64,000 nucleotides of DNA from Ascidiella aspersa. Taxonomy: Eukaryota. The position numbers and the translations under genes are program-made. The notes under the pieces are model-generated. The model worked only from the letters and a program-made list of their open reading frames with translations, did not search any database and was not told the origin of the DNA. This document shows positions 40,500-55,679 of the stretch, in pieces. Every line of letters begins with the position of its first letter. Position 1 is the first letter of the stretch. Location of the stretch: assembly GCA_963924565.1 (NCBI GenBank), contig OZ004614.1, positions 18,414,001 through 18,478,000 on the forward strand, written 5' to 3'.

Positions 40500-40964
40500 T
40501 GCGGGCTGGGTTGAGAAGGTGTGCAGTGGGGTGACTGCAGGTTAAAGGGGAGGATATTTGGTGGCGTCTTATTGGACGGTTGTCCTCAACGCTTAGGTCG
40601 GGTAGTTCTAGCGGACCTTAAAAAAGGCCAGGAAAAGGGTTTTTTCCTTTTGCGCTTGGTAGGATCTGAGGTTGGGGTTTTTTGGGTTGGCCCACTTACC
40701 GTTCCGGCGGCAAAACTCTTGAAAAACCGAGTAATGCGTTTTTTTCCGGCAACGGGGTGGGACGGGTTGCTGGTACTAAGCCTGTTCAGGGAAATCCCTA
40801 CGCTCCAAACCTTCGGGGCTAGGCTGGAGCTTATTCTCTTTTCTTCCTGAATCAGGTAAGTCTGGCAGGATATTGCGCAGATCTTGCTGTTGTGGACGGT
40901 TTGTCGGGTCCTTTCGGAGCTCTGATCTGAAAGACTGACTGCTGACAGCTCTTCGGATATTGTG

Positions 40965-41160
40965 AAGGATAGAGTTCTTCACTTTGTAATAACTACGCCT
41001 CGCCTATCGAAAAACCGCCCGACGGTTGAAAAGCGCGCGCAGTAACACCCAATCGTTTTTTTTCGCGCACTCTCGCACTGCTCCATTGGCGAAAGCGTCG
41101 AACCGTCATTTGCATCTCTTCCGATCTATAAGCGACGAGAGTGGAAAAACACGCCACACT
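40965..41160. promoter_or_regulatory. Orphan H2A/H2B-type divergent histone promoter
   Basis: CCAAT 41049-41053, E2F-type TTTCGCGC 41061-41068, ATTGG 41085-41089, octamer ATTTGCAT 41108-41115 and TATAAG 41127-41132. Octamer followed by TATA is the classic H2B arrangement. It lies between head-to-head elements A1 and B1. Confidence 0.75.
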
Positions 41161-42582
41161 CTTCGTCGTCGAAAGCTACGAAGAACCGATTTCACTCGAG
41201 AAACAAGATACTCGAACATACAAGTGTATGACCCAAATATGTTGTCCAAGCCATGGAGCATGGTTGTTTCCCAGGGGAATCCCCACACCGCCGCAGGGAA
41301 TCCTTCCCTCGTCGCAGCGCCCCACAGGAGGGAGGTCTTCTCCCGTCGTACGGAGGTCGTTGCTAAAATTCCTAGCAAGAGGTCAAGGAACTTCATCTAC
41401 AGCCTCCTAAAACTGGTGTCTTTCGACACCAACAATCTGGAGGGGATAGTCGAACGAAAAGGAGGCTACACCGACTTTACGTGTAAAACTGAACAGCAAG
41501 CCGAAGAGTTGGTCTTCAAGCTGAAGAGCAGACCCGAGGTCGATCTCGCAAGGCGCTATGAGAGCGAATATACCAGCGTGGAAATCTCGCACGTGCCACC
41601 TCGCTTCAACATCGGTACGCTTATGGCGTACATCCAGAAGAACCACGGCACTGCCCTAGAGGCCAGAAAGCTAAAGGACGCCATAGCCGGTCTCCCAGAC
41701 GGGAGAATAAAAGCAGAGGTGCTCACCGAGCACCTGAAACAAAATCCCATCCCGGCAACCATCCGATGCGAAGGACTCACGTTTCCAGTGAGATACTACC
41801 AGCAACCACAGCAGTGCTTTCACTGCAGAGCCTTCGGCCACATCCGGGCAAATTGCCCGACACGCCAGCCCCCATCGCAGCGCACAGCAGACGAGGAACC
41901 CGACCCAGCGACAAACTCAGAGAAGACCCCGGAGAACATGCCAACAGACATCTCGTCGGAGAACGGTGAGAAGACGGAGAAAGAAAGAAGGACAGAGGCG
42001 GCAACATCATCCAGCATAACGGCGGCCACAGCAGTAACAGCAACAGCAGCATCCGGCAACTCAGCGGCAAACGATATCCAACAGCCAGAAGACGACTGAA
42101 CCACCAAACGACAAAGAAGCAGCGGCAACACCCCTCCCGAGAACGACCAAAAGCGTCCAAAAGCAGAAGATGACAGGCTATGCCTGCCGCAGTCCGAGGG
42201 GCCTTCTGTGGACGGGCCAGTGCGTAAATGCCGTGAATGCCTCGAGTGCGACTGCCAAGCTCTCGTGGATTTTCCAGAGCCGGGCATACCGACTGTATGC
42301 GACGCCTGCAAGAGGATCTTCCGCTGGTGCGATGAATGCAATTATGCATACGTGTGGCTTCCCAAAAGCCAGAAGTCTTGCCCCACTTGCGGGACTTTCA
42401 TACCGGAAAGCCTCTCACAAACCCTCCCGGGTTGACAGAGGCGGTCTGGAGCAGGAAATTACATAATCATTGTTTGATTTCAAAGTTTTTATTTGCATAT
42501 TTGTTTTTCGCCTCGCCCGTTTTATTTTCGTTCTTTTTTCTTATTCGTTTTCTTTAATTGATGCGAATAAACCAACATACTC
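41161..42582 (+). mobile_element. Family B ORF1-only non-autonomous Tx1 derivative (copy B1)
   Basis: ORF1 is homologous to family A ORF1 and is followed within ~150 bp by a 3' end (CGCCTCGCCCGTTTT...TTATTCG...GCGAATAAA) homologous to that of family A. No ORF2. Confidence 0.85.
41239..42435 (+). pseudogene. Family B ORF1 with one nonsense codon (42097-42099)
   Basis: MLSKPW...CFHCRAFGHIRANC. The TGA corresponds to TGC in copy B3, and the frame continues into Cys-rich ORF 42208-42435. Confidence 0.85.
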
Positions 42583-42872
42583 AGAAACAAGACACTCGAA
42601 CATACAAGACCCAAATATGATGTCCAAGCCATGGAACATGGCCGTTTCCCAGGGGAATCCCCACACCGCCGCAGGGAATCCTTCCCTCGTCGCAGCGCCC
42701 CGCAGGAGGGAGGAGGTCTTCTCCCGTCGTACGGAGGTCGTTGCTAAACTTCCTAGCAAGAGATCAAGGAACTACATCTACAGCCTCCTAAAACTGGTGT
42801 CTTTCGACACCAACAACCTGGAGGGGATAGTCGAAAGAAAAGGAGGCTACACGGACTTTGCTGAAGAGAGCT
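42583..42872 (+). mobile_element. Tandem second family B copy (B2), 5' part only
   Basis: Near-identical to 41199-41480; deletion junction into family C ORF2. Confidence 0.9.
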
Positions 42873-42875
42873 GAA

Positions 42876-45800
42876 GCTCCGGGTGTAGGTTGTTTCAATT
42901 CTTGTCCCTACGGAGGGTCTTCCTCCGGGGGGGTCGCCATTTTATTTCCTGCGTCCCCACTTTTACCCCTTTAGACATTTTCTCAGATCTCACCGGCAAA
43001 ATTATTTCCTACAATATTAATACTAATATATATATGCCCCGTCCGGTAAAACCAACCACTTAGCCAACAACAAATTTTTCGACAACCTTTACCCTTACGC
43101 AACCTCCCCCCACCCCACCATCCTGGCTGGAGACTTTAATTGCGTTCTCCAGCCCCACCTTGATAAATACCCCCCAGAACCATCCCGTCACCCCCAACAA
43201 ACCCTTAATTACCCTATTAGATACCCTTAACCCTTACGCCAAAACTTTCTCCCGCCGCACCCATAACTCCCAATCCCGCCTTGACCGTTTTTATGTTACC
43301 CCAATATTACCCCCGTTAATCACACCTTCACCCCAACCCCCTTTTCAGACCACGACCTAGTCACCCTCACCCTTGACATCCCCATTTCTCCCCCAGAGGC
43401 TACGGCCTCTGGAAAAACGACATCCGCACCCCCTTACCCACCCCGACTTCCAAATACCACTTTACATTAAATTAAACCGGCTTAAATCAATACAACAGGA
43501 CTATGACCCGCTTAATTTTTGGATTCTAGTCAAAACCCAAATCCCAGAAACAACATTCGACCCTTGCCAAATTACGGGAACAAATGAGTCCCCTTAAAAC
43601 CTTTGCTACTTTCCAAAAATTAAAACGTGAACTCAACCCCAATACTACCTGGAAAAATCAAAACAAGACCTTCTAAAGGCAAAGGTTGATAATATGGAAA
43701 ATAAAAATATATCTAATAAAGCCCTTTATACTCTCGTGTGTTGCCCCAAAAACAAAAAACCCATATCAACGAACTACTGGATGATTTCCATCTCTCCCAT
43801 ACCACCCCCGCCGAACTCTGCCACCTAGCGGAGAAATATTATAAAAACCTATACGACTGCCCCCCAACCCCCCAGACCCAAATTGACCCCTTCCTCCACA
43901 ACCATACCCCAATCCCCGACCAACTCCACCAATCACTCACCCAACCATTTACCCGCCATTAAATTAGCAACATTATTAAAACCTTCCCCACCGGTAAAAC
44001 CCCCGGGCCCGATGGCCTCAGCATTGAGTTTTTTACACTGAATGCTGGGAGAGCTCATCGGGCCCTATCCCACCCCCGCCCTCAATTACGCCTACCTAGC
44101 CCCAACCCTCCCCGCAGACTTTACCCACGGAGCCATAACCCTCATACCGAAAACCCCCGCTGCCAACTATCGCCCCATTTCTCTTCTAAACACAGATCTC
44201 AAAATTCTAAATCAACGCATTAAGCCGCAATTAAAACATTTTCTCTCTCCCCTTCAACACGCACAACCCGGAAAAAATACTTCAACCGCATCAACCCTCA
44301 TCCGCGACCTCTACCACCATGCCACCCAAAACACCCCCCCTCATATTTCATATCCCTTGATTTCAAAAAAGCCTTCGATTCGATCACCCACCCATATCTC
44401 ACCCACATCCTCACCACCCGCAACTTCCCCCAACCCTTCATAAATTACACCCAAACCAGCCAAACCTCAGCCACCTCCGCCATTTTAATAAATGGCTTCC
44501 CCACTAACCCCGTGGCGATCAGAAGAGGTGTGAGGCAAGGCGACCCGCTGAGTCTCACCCTCTTCCTGATCGCCCTTGACCCCCTCCTCAAAAACATCCA
44601 GGACAACCCCTCCATTTCTCCCTCCCCCGCCCCTACCCGCACCCCACCCAAACTCGTCGCTTACGCGGATGATGTTACCCTCACCCTTGCCCACCCCCAC
44701 TCCCTCCCCCCGCTATTCGACAACCGTACCGGCTTGACCCTCAACCCCCTCAAAACGAAGGAATCCCTCCCCCCTCCTCTCCACGACCTCCCCCAAATCG
44801 ACTGGAACCCTCTATCAATATCCCCCCTAAATATACCCATCGGAGACCCCACCCAAATTACTCAAGCTTGGCAATCTTCCATACACAAACTTTAAAAACA
44901 AGATCTCACAAATTACACATCCGTTTCCTAACCTTTGACTCCAAATCCATTCTCTCTAAGACCATCTCCTTCTCCCCAATTTTACTCAACTGGCATCCGT
45001 TTACCCAGCCCGAAACCTTATAAAAAATAAAATTAATTCCAAATTATAACAGTATTTCATCGGCCGCAACCCCCCCATTCCCCTCGACACCCTGGCGGCC
45101 AGTCGCCCCCACGGGGGCTACTCGGTCGCCAACATCCCCCTCTACCTCGACCTCTTCCTTACCCGCATAATAGGCCCCTACCTCAACCACCGCACCCTTG
45201 ATTCATTCCCCCGCTGATACCCAAAATCAAATTTTGGAATACAACCTTCTATCAAAGAAATACGATCTTAGAATAAAAAATAATCTGCCACACACCATGT
45301 TTCCCTCACCATATTATCAACAAATTTGGACTTTAATAACTCAATATAATCCGACATTGACCAAACTCACGTGCCCCAAAATAAAACCCCTCTACCTCCG
45401 CCTCACCATCCCCCAGCAATACTCTAACCCCAACCCCAGCTACACCCCACCCCAAAGCCTAATACTTTTCTTTAACAACTCTATTCGATCCCGGTGCCAA
45501 ATTGAACAGGCCAGACCCTCTTCTCCCCATATTGACCTGTTTGTAACCCTCCTTTAATGACCAACTGACCCCTCCTCTCCCACCAAACTAAATTGTCCAA
45601 ACCCAATGTCAACCCAAAACCTTAGGTATCCGTTCCTACCCCCTTAAATTTTTAAATCTCTTGACTTGTTATTATTGTTTATGCCTGCCTTGTTCTTTTT
45701 TATTTCTCTCGCTTTTAACACTCAGTTATCTTTCGAAATGGGAAACGTATCCCTGAACCATTTGCGCCCCGTAGGACGCCATTTTTGTTTTTTCACCGCC

Positions 45801-46161
45801 ATTTTGTTTTTCATCCGCCATTTTGTTTTTTTTTAATTTTTCAATTCATTTACATAGAGCCTGCTTTGGGCTTCTATTCCACCCCCACCTAAATGTTAGG
45901 CTTTAACAAACCCCGATACGCACATCCTGGGAAAGGGGAGCATCATAGCTTTCCTCTCAAAACGAAAGACCTGCCGCATGCATACTCCTCCTTGTAGGGG
46001 GAGTGAAGGGCAGGTCCCGTCTAACTTCCATACTGGTGTATATTTCACCACCTTCACTCGCCTTTTCTTTTCCGTTATACAATAAATTCAAATAAAGCAA
46101 ACTACACGGGGCAATGATGAGCCCAAACAAACCAAAGGGGGGGTTAGCACATTGCATTGCT
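42876..46161 (+). mobile_element. Family C Tx1 element: degenerate ORF2 and 3' UTR
   Basis: ILAGDFN, SRLDRFY, GKTPGPDG, YRPISLLNTD, GVRQGDPLS and YADD across several frames; conserved 3' modules at 45920-46155. Confidence 0.92.
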
Positions 46162-46174
46162 AAGGCTGTCAATG

Positions 46175-49100
46175 TTCGACTTTTTAACTCGACAAAGCAA
46201 GAAACATGTCAAGACGCGGTTAATAGCAAACGAAAGCTTTTAGAATTGTTTTTCACTGGTAAATGAGAAGGAGAAGAGGCTGCAAGCTTCAGCAGAGGCT
46301 GAACTTTGTCTATAGTGATACAGTTTTCTAAGTGACTATTTTGCTGCTTTTTCCCTGACAAGCAAGCTTTTTCGACGAAAAATTGGATTTATTTCATGAC
46401 CTTATTTACCTGGATTATTTCGACCAGTATCGGAGTACATACGTGTACAGACTACTCACCGAAAGGTTACTTTTGTTATTATATTTCACGTGTATCACGT
46501 GTGTTAACTTCACAACTCTACTAGCGGAGCCGCCATTTTATTAAAATGGCGACCGCGGGCCCAAGCTGGGCCAATATTTGTGCGAAAGATTTTGATGTTA
46601 CCAAGTTTAACGTGTCTCGCAAGGGCGAGTTAGAAATCCACTTTAACCCTCCGCAATCAGGACCTCAGGTGTACGAAGTATTAGAATCGGTTGGCTTCAA
46701 TTATAAACGCTTTCTAGAAAGCTGTATACAAAAACCTAATGGTAAAAGTGTCTTGTGCTGCCATACAGATGAGGAAGCTAGAGACCTTGCATGCAAACTT
46801 GACAAGTTACCGTTTGTCAAATACGCCGAACCTTTCGAAGAGTCAATCATCAAAGTCAAACTTAGCTAGGATTTCTTTTCTGCCAAATTTGCCAAATGCA
46901 CCGGCCACCGAGAAATTGTAGATTTGCGTCAGGTTCATGCAGGAAAGGTGCACCTTGACTTAGACCGGAAAGAGCTTGAAAAAAAGCCTATACCCAAAGA
47001 AATTAAAATGGGGGCCCTCATATGATTGAAGTTTACTATCAAGAGCAACCAGAATGCTGTCGATATTGTCGCAAGCCAGGGCACACCCTCGAAGAGTGTG
47101 ATAAATTAAAAAAGAAAAAGGCAGACAACGAAGATAGAGAGAGAATAAACACCGAAGAGAAAGAAAGGAAGAAAGAAGAGGAAGAAAGAAAAAGGCAAAA
47201 TATGTTGTTAAACATCGCTGACATGCTGAACAAAGATAGAGAAAGGTCTTTAGTTGCAACATCCACAACCCTTCGCGACCCGTCAAAAATTGGAAAAATT
47301 GCCCCCGCAGATTTCTCCTCCCCAGGGGGCCGAAAGCCAAATAGTAGCTCTTCGAGCACATTAAGCTCCACGGAGACAGAGGAGGCTGAGGCAGAAAGCC
47401 TAGGAACAGAAATCGACGGCACTGAAAACCCTGAGCCAAGTCAACCAGACCATAGTGACGCACCCCCATAAGATTCAGAACTCGCCAACAGAAAACGCCC
47501 CTTTGAATTCTCAAGTTTTTCAAATAGAAAAGCACCCTCTCATAGAATGCTCACTATGCAACGGGCTGGGCAGCCATGCTCACCAGTGTCCAAACGAACA
47601 AGGCGACGACCCCCCCAAAGGAAATGCCACAGTTTCATATTGTTGATTCGCCAGCAACCAAGACCTCCCCCCCACTAATGTAAATACCCAGCTCAAATGG
47701 AGTCACACAAGTTTTAATGTAAATGGTCTTAGTGGCCACGCCAAGCGTAATGCAGTTTTTACGTACCTTAAAAGCTTACAGTTTGATATAGTGTTGTTGC
47801 AGGAGACCCACTCGACACCTCAGGTTGAGTCAACCTGGGCTGCCGAGTGGGCTCTGGGTGTAGGTTTTTTCGAATTCTTGTCCCTCCAGAGGGTCTTCCT
47901 CTGGGGGAGTCGCCATTTTATTTCCTGCGTTCCCACTTTACCCCTTTAGATATTTTCTCAGATCTCACCGGTAAAATTATATCCTGTAATATTAATACTC
48001 TAACCCATACCATTCATTTAACCAATATATAATCAATTACTTGGCCAACAACAATTTTTTACGTAACCTCCCCCCACCCACCCCACCATCCTGACTGGAG
48101 ACTTTAACTGCGTTCTCCAGCCCCACCTTGATAAATACCCCCCACAACCATCCCGTCACCCCAACAAATCTTTAATGACCCTGTTAGATACCCTTACCCT
48201 CACCGACACCTTTCGCACCCTTAACCCTTACACCAAAACCTTTTCCCGCCGCACCCATAACTCCCAATCCCGCCTTGACCGTTTTTATTCTACCCCTAAT
48301 ATCACCCCGGTTAACCACACCTTCACGACCTAGTTACCTTGACATACCCATCTCACCCCCCAGAGGCTATGGCCTCTGGAAAAGTGACACCCGTGCCCTT
48401 ACCCACCCCGACTTCCAAATTCCACTTAACATTAAATTAAACCGGCTAAAATCATTACAACAAGACTATAACCCACTTGATTTTTGGATCTTAGTTAAAA
48501 CCCAAGTCGCAAACCTCCATAAAATCATAAGTAAAAAACTTAACATAGAGGGAAATAGCCCAGAAACATTCGGACTCTTGCCAAATTACGGGAACAAATG
48601 AATCCCCTTAACTACCCCCAAACTTTTGCTACTTTCCAAAAATTAAAACATGAACTCAATAAATATTACTTGGAAAAATCAAAACAAGACCTTCTAAAGG
48701 CAAAGGTTGATAATATGGAAAATAAAAATGTATCTAATAAATCCCTCTATACCCGCGTCTTACCGCAAAGCAAACAAACCCACATTAAAGAATTACTGGA
48801 TGACTACCACCTCCCCCACACCACCCCCGCCGAACTCTGCCACCTAGCGGAGAAATACTACAAAAACCTATACGACTGCCCCCCAACCCCCAGACCCAAA
48901 TTGACCCCTTCCTCCACAACCACACCCCCATCCCCGACCAGTCACCCGCCACGAAATTAGAAACATTATTAAAACCTTCCCCACCGGTAAAACCCCCGGG
49001 CCCGATGGCCTCAGCATTGAGTTTTACACTGAATGCTGGGAGCTCATCGGGCCCTATCTCACCCCCGCCCTCAATTACGCCTACCTAGCCCCAACCCTCC

Positions 49101-51499
49101 CCGCAGACTTTACCCACGGAGCCATAACCCTCATACCGAAAACCCCCGCTGCCAACACCCTTGCCAACTATCGCCCCATTTCTCTTCTAAACACAGATCT
49201 CAAAATCCTTAACAAAATTCTAAATCAACGTATCAAGCCGCAATTAAAACATTTTCTCTCTCCCCTTCAACACGCACAACCCGGAAAAAATACTTCAACT
49301 GCATCAATCCTCATCCGACCCAAAATACCCCCCCTCATATTTCATATCCCTTGATTTCAAAAAAGCCTTCGATTCGTTCACCCACCAAAACGTCACCCAC
49401 ATCCTCACCACCCGCAACTTCCCCCCCCCACCCTTCATAAATTACACCTAAACCACCAAAACCTCAGCCACCTCCGCCATTTTATTAAATGGATTCCCCA
49501 CTGACCCCGTGGTGAGACAAGGCGACCCGCTGAGTCTCACCCTCTTCCTGATCTCCCTCGACCCCCTCCTGAAAAACATCCAGGATCTCCCCCGCCCCCG
49601 ACCCGCACCCCACCCAAACTCGTCGCTTACGCGGACGATGTCACCCTAACCCTTGCCCACCCCCACTCCCTCCCCCCGCTTTTTGACACCCTGGCCAAAT
49701 TTGCAACTGTATCCGGCTTGACCCTCAACCCCTTCAAAACGAAGGCTACCTACACCAAATCCCTCCCCCTCCCCTCCACGGCCTCCCCCAAATCGACTGG
49801 AACCCTCTAGCAATATCCCCCCTTAATAACCCCATCGGAGACCCCACCCAAATCACCCAAGCTTGGCAATCTTCCTACACAAACTTTAAAAACAAGATCT
49901 CACAAATCACACATCCGTTTCTAACCTTTGACTCCAAATCCATTCTCTCTAAGACCATTCTCCTCCCCAATTTTACGCAACTGGCATCCGTCTACCCAGC
50001 CCCAAACCTTTTAAAAAATAAAATTAATTCTAAATTATTGCAGTATTTCATTGGCCCCCGCAACCCCCCCATTCCCCTTGACACCCTGGCGGCCAGTCGC
50101 CCCCACGGGGGCTACTCGGTCGCCAACATCCCCCTCTACCTTGACCTCTTCCTCACCCGCATCATTGGCCCCTACTTAACCCACCGCATTCTAGATTCCC
50201 CAGCCGACACCCAAAACCAAATAATTGAATATAATCTCGGAATCCAATTATCCAATAAATATGAACTAAGAATTAAAAATAACCTTCCGCACACAATGTT
50301 TCCCTCACCATATTATCAACAAATTTGGACTTTAATAACTCAATATAATCCGACATTGACTGAAACCTGTAAAATCCCACACCACCCCCAATATACTCTC
50401 CCTAGACCCCAACTGCCCCCTTTGCCTTTCCCGATACGAATCGGACGCCCATTTACTTCACAACTGCACCCAAATCCAACCCCTCCTCACCCATGTTAAA
50501 AACCTTTATTTTAATTTTACATCCTAGCCCACTACCTTTTTTGATTACCATTCCCATATTTATTTTGTCCACCCGCCCCGCTCCCCACTCCCCAACAACG
50601 ACCTCATCACCCTCCTAAATACAATCCTACACCACACCATCTGGAAAACCCGAATTAGCAAAATAATCACCCCTGACCCGCAACCCACCCCACCCCAAAG
50701 CCTAATACTATTTTTTAATAATTCTATTCGATCCCGGTGCCAAATTGAACAGGCCAGACCCTCTTCTCCCCACATTGACCTGTTCGTAAAGCTAACCTCC
50801 CTCCTTTAATTACCAACTGACCCCTCCTCTCCCACCAAACTAAATTGCCCCTGCCCCAGGTCAACCCAAAACCTTAGGCAATTCCTCCAACCTCCCTTCT
50901 AACAATATCTCTCTTTTTATTTTGTTATTGTTTTTGCTTTTGCCTTTTGCCTTTTTATTACTCTCTTGTTTCTGCCCTTAAAAACCTTAGTTAAATGTAG
51001 AGAATTTCGACTCTAAACCCACCGGGTCTCCCAATGCAGCGAGACGCCATTTTGTTTTTAAATTGCCATTTTCGTTCTTTACTGTGTCAATTTTTGAACA
51101 CTTCTATTGTACCGGCTAACCCTATTAAGGCTGTCACACATTCCAACAAGCTCCCTCTGAAACCAATACTAACCTGGTGCTACATTCTCAATTCTTAATA
51201 TGCATATCCTCAAACGAGGGGAGCTACAACATGCAATTCCACACCATTTCTCTATCTAACTTTAGACCTGCTCACGCATACTCCTCTCGCTAGGGGGAGT
51301 GAAGAGTAAACCCGTGCTTCATTAAAAACTCACCCCGAAATTTTCTTTTTCATCGCTCCGTTCGTTTGTTTCCCCGCACCCGCTTAAAATAAATTTACAA
51401 AAATGGGCAATGATGAGCCCAAACCAAAGGGAGGGTTAGCACATTGTTAACCAACCACCCCTGAGGTACCTGAGCCCTCAAGAAAAAAAAAAAAAAAAA
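46175..51499 (+). mobile_element. Family D (C-related) Tx1 element, full length but disrupted, with poly(A) tail and TSD
   Basis: ORF1 46546-~47646 (CRYCRKPGHTLEEC), ORF2 ~47697-50815, poly(A) 51483-51501. AAGGCTGTCAATG occurs at both 46162-46174 and 51500-51512. Confidence 0.93.
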
Positions 51500-51512
51500 A
51501 AGGCTGTCAATG

Positions 51513-55507
<3,995 letters not shown>

Positions 55508-55617
55508 TAGCGAGTTTTTGGGTCGTCGCTCGAAGGTTTGTTATTTGCCAAGTAAAATCCTGCTCACTAACGAACTAGGGGGGTACATTTCAAGGTAGAG
55601 GTAGGTACCAAATGGTT

Positions 55618-55652
55618 CTCTTTCAAACTGTAGGGTGGCTCTGAAAAGAGCC
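55618..55652 (-). terminator. Histone mRNA 3' stem-loop and downstream purine-rich element (HDE)
   Basis: Minus strand AAAC-GGCTCTTTTCAGAGCC-ACCC (stem-loop 55637-55652), followed by AAAGAG. Confidence 0.97.
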
Positions 55653-55679
55653 GTTTTTTGGTGTGAAGCAGTTGTTGCT

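Larger units (their letters stand above)
34476..40960 (-). mobile_element. Family A Tx1-clade non-LTR retrotransposon, near full length (copy A1)
   Basis: 5' UTR, ORF1, APE-RT-ZnF ORF2 and a 3' UTR ending GCGAATAAACAAACATAATCGC, the same end as copy A2. The 5' boundary is approximate. Confidence 0.93.

Noticed and set aside
41026-41238. N-terminal 71 aa of ORF 41026-42099
   Set aside because: It starts at TTG and crosses promoter motifs. Homology to family A ORF1 begins at the ATG at 41239.
42570-42582. Insertion at the 5' ends of U5 (ATACTC) or U2 (ATCGCTT at 34474-34480) snRNA genes
   Set aside because: The matches are only 6-7 nt and no further snRNA sequence follows. The better-preserved copies continue into ATG codons instead.
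46110-46155. SECIS element
   Set aside because: The AUGA-to-AAA spacing is too short and there is no matching GA quartet. In-frame TGAs in these ORFs look like decay.
51409-51440. Hammerhead ribozyme (TGATGAGCCC...GGG)
   Set aside because: The core would need CTGANGA and GAAA after stem II. All three copies have ATGATGA and no GAAA.
51290-51480. U3 snoRNA-derived tail (GAGTGAAG...TGATGA...CTGAG)
   Set aside because: There is no box A/A', and no pairing between the sequence after the box B-like motif and that before box C. GAGTGAAG is better explained as part of hairpin module 2.
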